A DNA stretch of 64,000 nucleotides from Candidatus Omnitrophota bacterium (lineage in GTDB: Bacteria > Omnitrophota > Gorgyraeia > JABMRG01), in contig JBDRAM010000042.1 in NCBI GenBank assembly GCA_043823785.1, positions 1,563 to 65,562 on the forward strand, given 5' to 3'. This document shows, piece after piece, positions 9,277-18,880 of the stretch. Under the pieces are notes generated by a model, which saw only the letters and a program-made list of their open reading frames with translations, was not told where the DNA came from and ran no database searches. A program made the position numbers and the translations under genes. Position 1 is the stretch's first letter; each line of letters opens with the position of its first letter.

Positions 9277-10961
9277 AAGATCAAAAATGTAATCTATGCG
9301 GTTTTGACCGTCAGGCCATGGTATATGAGGCGCCTGATAAGAAGGACGCGCATTCAGCTTTAGTATATTCTATTTCAGAATCTAATATAATTCCGCCAAA
9401 GCGAATTGTAAGATGTAAAAGCTGCGGTCTCATATATGCTTCGCCTATTCAGAGATGGGAAGACCTATATGCCGCGTATTCAGAGATGGAAGACGAAGCA
9501 TATATCAGAGAAGAAAAGGGAAGGAGGATCGCGGCCAGGTCTCTTTTAAAAAAAATAGGTAAGATAAAAAAATATAGCGCGGGCAGCAAGATGCTCGATG
9601 TAGGATGCGGCACGGGATTCCTGCTTGATGAGGCAAGGAAGGCCGGGTGGGATGCCCATGGCGTTGAGATATCAAAATGGGCAGCAAACTACGCGGATAA
9701 GGAATTGAAGTTAAAGGTATACAATACCACTCTTAATGAAAAGAAATTTCCTGATAAGAATTTTGACCTGATAATATTACAGGACGTTATAGAACATCTG
9801 ATAGACCCAAAGGCTGTTATTAAAGAGGCAAGGAGGATATTATCAAACGATGGTATATTATATATCAACACACCGGATATAGAGAGCTTGCCAAGCAGAT
9901 TGTTAAGAGCCCGATGGTGGGGCATAAACAGGTTTCATCTGTATTACTTTTCTAAAAAGACATTGGACACTATGCTTGAAGCAGCCGGTTTTAAGAGTAT
10001 AAGATATTGTTCCCATGCCAGGACATTTAGCTCAGGCTACTGGCTTGAAAGATTTAAGTCTTACAGCGTTTTATTTTATAAAGTTTTATTTTTTGTCAGT
10101 CGTATAACTTTTTTAGAAAAGAGGATTATTACGGTAAATCTTTACGACCAGATAGGGGCGTTTGCCAGAAAAAGCCGTAAGCTTGAATATATACATGAGT
10201 TTGAAAATGAGGAGAAAAGTTACAGTGAAAAAGAGAAGAAGATAATTATTGTCCTGCCATCATACAATGCCGCCAAGACGCTCAACGTCACATTCAACGA
10301 TATACCTAAGGGCATTGCGGATGATATTATTTTAGTAGATGATGCCAGCAGAGATAATACTAAAGAGATAGCAGCCGGGCTTGGAATAAAAGTCTTTAGC
10401 CATAAGAAGAACAGGGGCTACGGGGCAAACCAGAAGACCTGTTTTTCTAAGGCATTAGAATCAGGCGCGGATATCGTGGTCATGCTTCACCCCGACTATC
10501 AGTATGATCCGCGCGCTATACCTGAGCTCATCGCTCCCATAAAGAGCGGCCGCGCGGACGCTGTATTTGGCTCAAGGATGATGAAGGGAGGTTCATTGAT
10601 AGGAGGTATGCCCCTATGGAAGCACAATGCTAATATACTTCTTACGGCGCTTGAAAATATAGTTTTTAATACCTATCTGACAGAATATCATTCCGGGTTT
10701 AGGGCATACAGCAGTCAACTTTTAAGGAAAATTCATTTTAAAGAAAACTCTGATGGCTTTGTTTTTGACACCGAGATCATCGCGCAGGCGCTATTACACC
10801 GTTTCAGAATAGAGGAGATACCCATACGCACCCGCTACTTTGATGAGGCATCATCGATAAAGTTTTTCCCATGCCTTGTTTACGGGCTTGGAATACTAAA
10901 GACTCTTTTAAAATATATTTTACACACACGGAAAATTATACGTTTCAGGCAATTTGAATAG
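9270..10961 (+). CDS. Fusion protein: Zn-ribbon plus class I SAM-dependent methyltransferase (N-terminal) and family 2 glycosyltransferase (C-terminal)
   Basis: N-terminal half has CNLCGF...CKSCG and MLDVGCGTGFLLDEA (SAM motif I). C-terminal half has IIIVLPSYNAAKTL...VDDASRDNT, the DxD-type GT2 (dolichol-P-sugar transferase-like) signature. Confidence 0.7.
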   Translation: MLKDQKCNLCGFDRQAMVYEAPDKKDAHSALVYSISESNIIPPKRIVRCKSCGLIYASPIQRWEDLYAAYSEMEDEAYIREEKGRRIAARSLLKKIGKIKKYSAGSKMLDVGCGTGFLLDEARKAGWDAHGVEISKWAANYADKELKLKVYNTTLNEKKFPDKNFDLIILQDVIEHLIDPKAVIKEARRILSNDGILYINTPDIESLPSRLLRARWWGINRFHLYYFSKKTLDTMLEAAGFKSIRYCSHARTFSSGYWLERFKSYSVLFYKVLFFVSRITFLEKRIITVNLYDQIGAFARKSRKLEYIHEFENEEKSYSEKEKKIIIVLPSYNAAKTLNVTFNDIPKGIADDIILVDDASRDNTKEIAAGLGIKVFSHKKNRGYGANQKTCFSKALESGADIVVMLHPDYQYDPRAIPELIAPIKSGRADAVFGSRMMKGGSLIGGMPLWKHNANILLTALENIVFNTYLTEYHSGFRAYSSQLLRKIHFKENSDGFVFDTEIIAQALLHRFRIEEIPIRTRYFDEASSIKFFPCLVYGLGILKTLLKYILHTRKIIRFRQFE

Positions 10962-11852
10962 ATGAATACAATAAAGAGGCTAATGGATATAGGAGAATTT
11001 CAACTTATCAGCAAGATAAGGCGGAATATAAGCTTAGGCCCATCTACAATAAAGGGCATAGGTGATGACTGCGCTGTGCTTAAATATACTAAAGATAAGT
11101 ACCTGCTCTTTGCGACAGATATGATAATAGAGGGGTATCATTTTAGAAAAAACGCAAAACCTGAAAGCATAGGGCATAAGGCCTTGGCAGTAAATATAAG
11201 TGATATTGCCGCCTGCGGCGGCATGCCTAAATGGGCTGTAATTTCCGCGGGCCTTCCGCCAGAAATACCATATGATTATGTCCGCAGGATCTATAGCGGC
11301 ATTAAGAATTTAGCGCGCAGGTTCAAGGTTGATATAGTCGGCGGCGATACGAATTCATCCAAAAAAATAGTTTTATCAGTATCTGTTTTGGGAGAGGTTA
11401 AAAAGAAGAATTTGGCTCTACGCTCCGGGGCAAAGGATAAAGATATAATATTCTTGAGCGGCCCGCTAAGAAAAAAGCCGGATGACCTTAATTTTATGCC
11501 GCGCGTAAAAGAAGCGCTATACCTTGTTGAAAACTTTAAAGTAAATTCTATGATAGATATATCGGATGGATTTTTTTCAGATCTGGATCATATATTAAAA
11601 GAGAGTAGAAAAGGGGCTATTATATATGAATCTTTAATTCCATTTAAAGGAGAAAGAAGATCTTTGAGAGATATACTAAATACCGGGGAACAATTTGAGC
11701 TTATTTTTACTTTGCCAAGGTATTGTCTTAATGAACTGCCCAAGGGTATTTATCCGGTTGGTGAGATAGCAGAAAACGAGAGAGGTATTATTTTCATAAC
11801 GCGCAATGGCAAAAGAGAAAAGCCGCAATCGGGTGGGTATAGGCATTTTTAA
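10962..11852 (+). CDS. thiL: Thiamine-monophosphate kinase
   Basis: AIR-synthase-related fold: GDDCAVL...ATDMIIEGYHF...DIAACGG. Confidence 0.8.
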   Translation: MNTIKRLMDIGEFQLISKIRRNISLGPSTIKGIGDDCAVLKYTKDKYLLFATDMIIEGYHFRKNAKPESIGHKALAVNISDIAACGGMPKWAVISAGLPPEIPYDYVRRIYSGIKNLARRFKVDIVGGDTNSSKKIVLSVSVLGEVKKKNLALRSGAKDKDIIFLSGPLRKKPDDLNFMPRVKEALYLVENFKVNSMIDISDGFFSDLDHILKESRKGAIIYESLIPFKGERRSLRDILNTGEQFELIFTLPRYCLNELPKGIYPVGEIAENERGIIFITRNGKREKPQSGGYRHF

Positions 11853-11895
11853 AAAAGATTATTACTAGCTGCTAAAATGACAGGTCAAGTGAGAC

Positions 11896-13362
11896 GTGAT
11901 ATTAATTAATCCCAGATCTACGAAATTCGGTATTTTTGATAAATATATACCGCTGAGTGTCCCTATAGGTATAGGCTATTTAGCGGCTACACTGCTCGCC
12001 AACAATAAGAGAGCTAAGATAATCGATGAGCACATCGACCTTATTTCCAAAGGGCTGCTTAAAGATACGCTTAAAGGATTGAGCGAGCCTTACGTATTTG
12101 GTATTTCCACATTGACTGCCTGCGTAGCTCGAAGCTATGAGATAGCAAGCTTAATTAAGAATTTATATCCTAAATCAAAGATAGTTTTAGGCGGTATTCA
12201 TCCCACCGTGTTGCCAGAAGAGGTTTTAGGAAATAGCGATATAGATTTTGTTGTCAGAGGAGAGGGAGAAAATATAGTTGTCGAACTATATGATGCTATA
12301 AAAAACAATAAAGACCATTCACGCATAAAAGGTATATCATTTAGGGCGTCAGGTAAGGTAGTTAATAATCCTGAAGCGGAGATGCCGGATTTAAAGCGCT
12401 TGCCGGCATTTCCTTATCACCTTTTTGATAAAAATTCGCATAGATACAACTTTAGTTTTATTGCCAGCTCCAGGGGCTGTCCTTATAAGTGTATATTCTG
12501 CAGCCAAAGATCTATTTCAGGCCAACAGTTTCGCTATATACCCACAAATGTTGTCATAGATGAGATAGATATGCTTATCAATAAGTATGGACAGGCGCAC
12601 ATAAATTTTGTAGATGATAATTTCACAATAAATAAAACAAGAGTAGCGGAGCTATGCGAAGCTATTATAGGAAGAAGATTTCATGATAGGGTAAGCTTTG
12701 ATTGCCAGACAAGAGCAGATGCCGTAGATGACGAGATATTAGATTTATTGAAAAAAGCAGGATTTAGGCTTATAGATTTTGGAATAGAGACAGCTTCAGA
12801 GAGGCTTATGATACTGCTGAATAAAAAGGAGACAGTGCAAGACAATATCGAGGCAGTAAGATCCGCGAAGAAGCATGGATTTGGCGTATCCGGCACTTTT
12901 ATATTTGGTTTACCTTCTGAAACAAGATCTGATAGAACGCGGGCCTACAGGCTGGCCAAAGAGTTAGATCTGGATTATGTACGATTTAATAATGCTACGC
13001 CCTATCCCGGGACTGTCTTGTATGATATCGCTAAAAAGGAAGGGAGACTTTTTATTAAGGAGAACTGGTCTAATCTGAATGCTTGCGCGTCATTAGCGCA
13101 GGATTCCCCGACTGAGACTAAGTTGCCTTATGTCCCGTTAGGTTGTGATGAAAAGGTATTAAGGCGGGATATTGTTAAGGCCAACCTATTTTTTTCCTTA
13201 AGGCCTAAAAGAATATTAAAGCTGCTGGTTAAGAGGGTTGGCCCGGCTGGATGGTTTTATCTGCGGCCCAAATGGTATCTAAACCCAAGGGAGTGGCTTG
13301 GCCTTATCTATTTGGGATATAGACTTTTAAAAGCTCTAGTAATGGCATACGTAGGTTTTTAA
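11896..13362 (+). CDS. B12-binding domain radical SAM protein
   Basis: GTG start. N-terminal cobalamin-binding Rossmann-like region, then CPYKCIFCS (CxxxCxxC radical-SAM cluster motif). 488 aa. Confidence 0.75.
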   Translation: MILINPRSTKFGIFDKYIPLSVPIGIGYLAATLLANNKRAKIIDEHIDLISKGLLKDTLKGLSEPYVFGISTLTACVARSYEIASLIKNLYPKSKIVLGGIHPTVLPEEVLGNSDIDFVVRGEGENIVVELYDAIKNNKDHSRIKGISFRASGKVVNNPEAEMPDLKRLPAFPYHLFDKNSHRYNFSFIASSRGCPYKCIFCSQRSISGQQFRYIPTNVVIDEIDMLINKYGQAHINFVDDNFTINKTRVAELCEAIIGRRFHDRVSFDCQTRADAVDDEILDLLKKAGFRLIDFGIETASERLMILLNKKETVQDNIEAVRSAKKHGFGVSGTFIFGLPSETRSDRTRAYRLAKELDLDYVRFNNATPYPGTVLYDIAKKEGRLFIKENWSNLNACASLAQDSPTETKLPYVPLGCDEKVLRRDIVKANLFFSLRPKRILKLLVKRVGPAGWFYLRPKWYLNPREWLGLIYLGYRLLKALVMAYVGF

Positions 13363-13377
13363 CGAGGTACATCGAAC

Positions 13378-14499
13378 GTGGAAGTAAAAAGAGATATTAA
13401 GGGGTTATTATTTTTTCTCGCTGTAATAATAGCCCTGGTTACTATGCAGTGGCAGATCTGGCTGGGTGATAAACTGACTATTATACATGCTTGTTACGTA
13501 TTATTTCTATTTGGATCCTTTCTTTTTTTTAGAGATATAGCAAGATACAAAGTAAGCACCGCGTTTGCTTTTGTCTCCCTGGCATTTTCTTCTGCCGGCG
13601 TTTCTTATTTAAAACAGCATTCTTCTATCATTAGCGCTTTTCTTATACCCTGGATAGCACTCTCCGCGTTAAAATATCTAAGATTTAAACACCCAAAGTT
13701 TATATTTTATATAATAATTATGATAGGCGTCAATATCCCATGCTATTACTCGATCTTTTCAGGAGCAGCTGTTTCTGCAAACCCGCCTACCGCAGATTTT
13801 CTCACGCTTTTGACGCCATACTGGTTTATACTGCATTTTATAGATAGTGAATATATGTCCGCGTCTTTTTTGTATATAGGTTTAATACCGTTACTTTTTG
13901 CCGTTACCGGGGCCTGCCTTTCAAAGGACAGGCATAGGCCTGCTTTCATATTTGCCGTGTTGTTAATAATATTTTTGATGTTAGCCTTTCATATTTATCA
14001 GATCGCAATCCTTTTTATCTTTTGCCTGACTTATTTTGTCTGCATGGGCTTTGATGTAATATTTGATTCGGTGCATAAAAAAAGAACAGGTTATTACAGG
14101 ACTTTCCTGGTTTTATCTATTATAATAATATCCGCCATTTCGATATCAGTAAACTACAGCCTTTTTGATAGTTTTTTTAACACGACAGATAGGTATGTAG
14201 TTATGGGCGGTTTAGTCATAGATTTTTATAGCATAGCAGTAGGCGCTGTGAGCGCCTCGAACCTAAATATCCTATTATTTATAGCGGGTAGTATTATTAT
14301 ACTATATGTACTTAGACAGGAAAAAATGAATTTAAGGCTTAAGTATTTTGCGATAATATGTTTTATCATTGCCGACCTGCTTCTGTTTAATTTCGATATC
14401 ATTAAATTTATCACCATGCCGACGGGCAGTCCGGAGGACTTGTCCGCGCGTGGATTTGTTAACAATGAAGGTCCGAAAACATATGAGATCAATAGATAA
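13378..14499 (+). CDS. Polytopic integral membrane protein, uncharacterised
   Basis: GTG start. About 10 hydrophobic segments. No recognisable catalytic motif. Confidence 0.5.
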   Translation: MEVKRDIKGLLFFLAVIIALVTMQWQIWLGDKLTIIHACYVLFLFGSFLFFRDIARYKVSTAFAFVSLAFSSAGVSYLKQHSSIISAFLIPWIALSALKYLRFKHPKFIFYIIIMIGVNIPCYYSIFSGAAVSANPPTADFLTLLTPYWFILHFIDSEYMSASFLYIGLIPLLFAVTGACLSKDRHRPAFIFAVLLIIFLMLAFHIYQIAILFIFCLTYFVCMGFDVIFDSVHKKRTGYYRTFLVLSIIIISAISISVNYSLFDSFFNTTDRYVVMGGLVIDFYSIAVGAVSASNLNILLFIAGSIIILYVLRQEKMNLRLKYFAIICFIIADLLLFNFDIIKFITMPTGSPEDLSARGFVNNEGPKTYEINR

Positions 14500-16420
14500 G
14501 TTCTGTGAGATCTATGCCAACAAGCTTATATGTGTATTTATATTCATATATGTCCTGCTTTTTTGCTTCCTATGCTTTTTAAAATTTCATTCTTTTGAAT
14601 ATTATGATTGGGATTTTGCAAGTGATATAATCACATTGTGGAATAGTACCCATGGTAATTTTCTATACTACCCATTTTTGGAAGAAAATATCTTTGGGGC
14701 CCATCTATATATTATAATATTGCTAATAATACCCATATATGCTCTTTTCGAAAATCCGCTCACGCTTCTGTTTTTACAGAGCTTATTTTTGGGGTTAGGA
14801 GCTTATCCTCTGTATCTTTTGGCAAGATCAAAACTTAACAAGACGCTCGCCCTGGTTATAAGCCTGGCATATTTATTATACCCTTCACTGGGTTTCATGA
14901 ACCTGTTCGAGACACACTTTGAGATATATGTGATATTTTTTCTTTTTTTCGCGATATATTATTTTGAGATGAGAAGCTTCGGTAAATTCGCCCTATTTAT
15001 CATTCTTGCCATAAGTTGTAAGGAGAATGTAAGTTTTGTAGTTTTTATGTTTGGTATATACGCTCTATTTAAGAGGATGCCATGGAGGTGGGTAATTTTT
15101 CCCTGCGTTCTTGGCGCGGGCTGGTTTTTTCTGGCGGTAAAAGTCATTATTCCGCATTTTGCAAGAGACGCGGATTTATATCAAGGCGGTTTTATGTTCA
15201 GTAACTATTACCAGCACCTTGGCGGCAGTATATTTGAAATAGCAAAGACGGTATTATTCTCACCTTCTTATACTGCCAGGTTTATTTTTACGCCGGCCAA
15301 GGTTTTATATATGTGTGATCTTTTTATGCCGACAGGCTTCATAGGATTAATAAATCCTCTTATACTTATAATCACCGTGCCTGTTTTTTTGCAGAATATG
15401 CTTTCTTCGCAGTTATTGCATACAAGAATCCATTATCATTATGTCTCATCTATAGTACCTTTCATATTTTCATCGGTTGTCTTTGGATTTAAAAAGATTG
15501 TCGATGATGAGCTATTGCGTGAATATAGCAATAAGCTGATCTTATTTTTTCTGATCTTTGTTATCTTTTCCGGTATTTACCTGGAAGCGCCTCAGATATA
15601 TTTTTTCCAGCATCTGAATGCTTATAAGATAGATTATCTCGCGAAAGAAAAGAATAGGCTTGTAGAAATGATCCCGCCCGGGGCATCTGTCATGTCCACA
15701 TTCAAATTTTTACCTAAATTGGCTAACAGATTCGATCTCTATTCTCTTCATCTTGTTACAACAGGTTTTAGGATGTATACCAATGTAAGATATCAGCCGC
15801 CGCCGAACCTGGAATATGCTATAGTCGACTTTGCTGATCCGCTGTTGCACGGCTCCTTTTTCCCTGAGGATGCGCCTCGGAATATGCGTAATTTTCTTAA
15901 AGATGGGGATTGGAGAGTCTTTGACGGGTTTGATGAAAACATACTTTTCAAGAAATCCTATCCAGGGGGCAGCAGGCTTTATGAGGAATCGGATGCGCCA
16001 GAGATAGAAAATATTATAAATGCAAACATAGGCAACAATATAATATTTATTGGTTATGATGTTCTAAGAAATAATACCTCATGTGACGGCATGCTTCCTG
16101 TTATTTTTTATTGGAGGCCAGGCGCAAAGCCTTCTAGATCCGTAGGTTTTATAATGGAGTTTCTAGATAAAGATAATAATATAAAATTTGCAAAAGATTA
16201 CACTTTGGGCTATACTATTTATCCACCGACAGAATTGCCTAAAGAAAAAACAACCGGAATTAATCGCTTCATACTTATTCCCCCTGGTATAAAAAGCGGT
16301 CTCTATGATATAAGAATAAGATTCTATGATAAGGAGAGCGCGAAGACTTTATCGGTTTTATCGGGCCAGGCGAACGGGGCTGACTCGATTATTCTGAAAG
16401 ATATTTTGATAAAGGTGTAA
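14483..16420 (+). CDS. Large polytopic membrane protein with C-terminal soluble domain (DUF2079-like / possible GT-C-type transferase)
   Basis: Start moved to the in-frame ATG at 14483 (MRSIDKF), which overlaps the upstream stop by 17 nt. N-terminal multi-TM region, then a 250-aa hydrophilic C-terminal domain. Confidence 0.5.
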   Translation: MRSIDKFCEIYANKLICVFIFIYVLLFCFLCFLKFHSFEYYDWDFASDIITLWNSTHGNFLYYPFLEENIFGAHLYIIILLIIPIYALFENPLTLLFLQSLFLGLGAYPLYLLARSKLNKTLALVISLAYLLYPSLGFMNLFETHFEIYVIFFLFFAIYYFEMRSFGKFALFIILAISCKENVSFVVFMFGIYALFKRMPWRWVIFPCVLGAGWFFLAVKVIIPHFARDADLYQGGFMFSNYYQHLGGSIFEIAKTVLFSPSYTARFIFTPAKVLYMCDLFMPTGFIGLINPLILIITVPVFLQNMLSSQLLHTRIHYHYVSSIVPFIFSSVVFGFKKIVDDELLREYSNKLILFFLIFVIFSGIYLEAPQIYFFQHLNAYKIDYLAKEKNRLVEMIPPGASVMSTFKFLPKLANRFDLYSLHLVTTGFRMYTNVRYQPPPNLEYAIVDFADPLLHGSFFPEDAPRNMRNFLKDGDWRVFDGFDENILFKKSYPGGSRLYEESDAPEIENIINANIGNNIIFIGYDVLRNNTSCDGMLPVIFYWRPGAKPSRSVGFIMEFLDKDNNIKFAKDYTLGYTIYPPTELPKEKTTGINRFILIPPGIKSGLYDIRIRFYDKESAKTLSVLSGQANGADSIILKDILIKV

Positions 16421-16506
16421 AGTAAACATTTTTTATGGTATAGGAAAGTATAAAATACTTTCCTAACCACTAAAAATCGATTAAAAGTTATCGTGGAGCG
16501 ATTTTC

Positions 16507-17046
16507 TTGGAGGAAGCCCTTGTTATGAGTATACTGCCGTATGGTTTAGTAATATTTTTTTTGGCTATATTTTTTCATTTTATCATATGGAGGCTGAGCC
16601 TGCCCAAAAGAAATCAGAGTACAGTTCTGCTGGTGATATTCTACGGCGCGTTTATTATAAGTGTTTTTATATTGAAGAAATTTCCGGGACTTTCCGCTTT
16701 TGACACTAGCAATCCTCAGGCACTCTCGGACCATATCCATCTTTTTATTTTTTTTAGCTCTCTGACATTTTCGTATATTATCTCATATTCAGCGATCGGC
16801 GCGGACAGTCCCTCCATGAATATGGTATTAAAAATTGCAAGGTCAGCTCCGGATGGATTAGAGAGGGATAAGATAGCTGAGATGATGACAGATGATTATT
16901 TGATAAAGCCCAGATTGAAAGAGTTGATCAACAATAAGATGGTGTATATGATAAACGATGTGTATAGGATCAGCAAGCTAGGTGAGTTGTTTGTAAAAAT
17001 TTTTGTGTATTACCGGGATCTTTTAAATCTACCAAAAGGCGGTTAA
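16507..17046 (+). CDS. Membrane-anchored protein with C-terminal winged-helix-like domain (paralogue 1)
   Basis: Two to three TM helices, then a soluble domain (LKIARSAPDGLERDKIAEMM...RLKELI...YRISKLG). Paralogous to the next ORF. Confidence 0.45.
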   Translation: MEEALVMSILPYGLVIFFLAIFFHFIIWRLSLPKRNQSTVLLVIFYGAFIISVFILKKFPGLSAFDTSNPQALSDHIHLFIFFSSLTFSYIISYSAIGADSPSMNMVLKIARSAPDGLERDKIAEMMTDDYLIKPRLKELINNKMVYMINDVYRISKLGELFVKIFVYYRDLLNLPKGG

Positions 17047-17570
17047 TGCTGATGTCCAGCAGTTATTTTGCGATATTTATACCAGTAATATCACTAATAG
17101 TCAATATATTGTGCCAGATAATATATTACAAGTGCTTACCTAAGCCGGGATTATTGAATTCAATATTTAAGGGATTTGTCTTTGGGCTTTTTACTTTTTT
17201 GTTATTTGAGCTGTGTCAATTTCAGTCAGCTGTCTGCCCCTTACTGAAAAAGATAGATATTCTTATTGTGCATCTGATAACCTATGCATGCCTTAGCTAT
17301 TGTTACTTCCATTTTATAAATCTTGGCGAGACAGCGCGCAGGATCAGGATCTTACGAGAACTGGAAATTGTTCCAGAGGGCCTTTCTCTACATGATATAC
17401 TTACACGTTATAATGCAAATGAGATCATAGAGCGCAGGCTCACGCGGTTGATTAAAGATGGCCAGTTGATATTAGCTGGCGATAAATACCGCATAGGGAA
17501 ACCTGTTATGTTGTTAATATCAAAACTTCTGGCATTCGCAAAAGTTCTTTTTTTAGGGAAGAGCTTTTGA
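17046..17570 (+). CDS. Membrane-anchored protein with C-terminal winged-helix-like domain (paralogue 2)
   Basis: Same architecture as 16507-17046 (IRILRELEIVPEGLSLHDIL...RLTRLI...YRIGK). Start and stop codons overlap the upstream gene. Confidence 0.45.
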   Translation: MLMSSSYFAIFIPVISLIVNILCQIIYYKCLPKPGLLNSIFKGFVFGLFTFLLFELCQFQSAVCPLLKKIDILIVHLITYACLSYCYFHFINLGETARRIRILRELEIVPEGLSLHDILTRYNANEIIERRLTRLIKDGQLILAGDKYRIGKPVMLLISKLLAFAKVLFLGKSF

Positions 17571-17609
17571 ATAAAATTAGACGCTTGATTTCCTAAGCGA
17601 TGGAGCCTT

Positions 17610-18065
17610 ATGATAGCAAATAGCGTTAAAGATACACTGGCATTCGGCAGAAGGCTGGCTCATTTTTTAGAGGCAGGTGATGTTGTTGCTTTAACAGGCG
17701 ATCTGGGTTCCGGCAAGACGACTTTTACAAAGGGTATTGCGGCAGGGCTTAAGGTAAGCGATCCTGAATATGTTAATTCACCTTCATTTGTCCTGGTAAA
17801 GGAATATAAGGGCAGGTTAAACCTTTATCACTTTGACCTTTATAGGCTGGATAGAATGGATGACATGGAATATATAGGCATAAGTGAATATATGGATGGA
17901 GATGGTGTAGTTGTGATAGAGTGGGCAAATAAGCTAAAAGGCCTTTTACCTTCAGAATATCTGGAGATATGTATAAACATAGCAGGTAAGAACAAGAGAA
18001 AATTAGAGCTTAAGGCGCATGGAGAAAAATACCTTAATATTATCCGCGGATACATCAAGCAGTAG
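17610..18065 (+). CDS. tsaE: tRNA t6A37 biosynthesis ATPase TsaE
   Basis: ALTGDLGSGKTTFTKG P-loop, 151 aa, YjeE family. Confidence 0.85.
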   Translation: MIANSVKDTLAFGRRLAHFLEAGDVVALTGDLGSGKTTFTKGIAAGLKVSDPEYVNSPSFVLVKEYKGRLNLYHFDLYRLDRMDDMEYIGISEYMDGDGVVVIEWANKLKGLLPSEYLEICINIAGKNKRKLELKAHGEKYLNIIRGYIKQ

Positions 18066-18720
18066 ATTCAGCATAGCCCTGATAGAGCGAGGCCTTTTGA
18101 TCGATGAGCTTGAAGCAGCCTCTATTAACAGGCACTCATCAGATCTTTTGCCTTCAATCGATAAGATGCTTTCAAAGAATTCTTATAGATTGGATGATAT
18201 TACCGCCTTTTGTGTCGGCTTAGGCCCGGGATCTTTTACAGGGCTTCGTGTAGGCGTAACTACTATGCGGGGGCTTGCCCTATCTTTATCAAAGCCCATA
18301 ATAGGCATAGCGAGCATAGACTGTATTGCTTATAGCGCATTAGGTTATAAAGGAAAGATATGCGCTATATTGGACGCTAGGCAAGAGAAGGTATATGCGT
18401 GTATATACCATTCCAGCGGGAAAAGAATAGTACCGGAAAGCAAAATCTTGCTGATTGGCCCCAAGGACCTTTTAAAGCTTAGGCAGATCGCCGGGCCCAC
18501 AATATTTTTAGGAGACGGTTTAAAGCTGTATAAAGATGATATACTGAAAGAAAGGGGCCGCATGGCGGATTTCGCGCCTGAATCCTTATGGTATCCTAAG
18601 GCGGCAATAGCTGGAGTACTTGGGCTTGATAGGATAAACAGGAGAAGCTATGATAATGTATACAGCCTTTCTCCGCTTTATATATATCCCAAGGAATGCC
18701 AGGTTAGAAAGAGTTTATAG
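18019..18720 (+). CDS. tsaB: tRNA t6A37 biosynthesis protein TsaB (inactive Kae1 paralogue)
   Basis: ILSADTSSSRFSIALIE N-terminus typical of YeaZ/TsaB. Follows and overlaps tsaE. Confidence 0.8.
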   Translation: MEKNTLILSADTSSSRFSIALIERGLLIDELEAASINRHSSDLLPSIDKMLSKNSYRLDDITAFCVGLGPGSFTGLRVGVTTMRGLALSLSKPIIGIASIDCIAYSALGYKGKICAILDARQEKVYACIYHSSGKRIVPESKILLIGPKDLLKLRQIAGPTIFLGDGLKLYKDDILKERGRMADFAPESLWYPKAAIAGVLGLDRINRRSYDNVYSLSPLYIYPKECQVRKSL

Positions 18721-18880
18721 TTGATAGTTTATAGTATGGTGCAGCGCACAAGAACTGGGTTAGCAGCGCTGCTAGTAAAAATCCAAAGTAAAAAATAGTT
18801 TATAGTTTATAGTTGAGAGTTTATAGATAGGCGAACAGAGACGTTTTTAAAAATCCAACGAAATAGAAGAATAGATTAGA

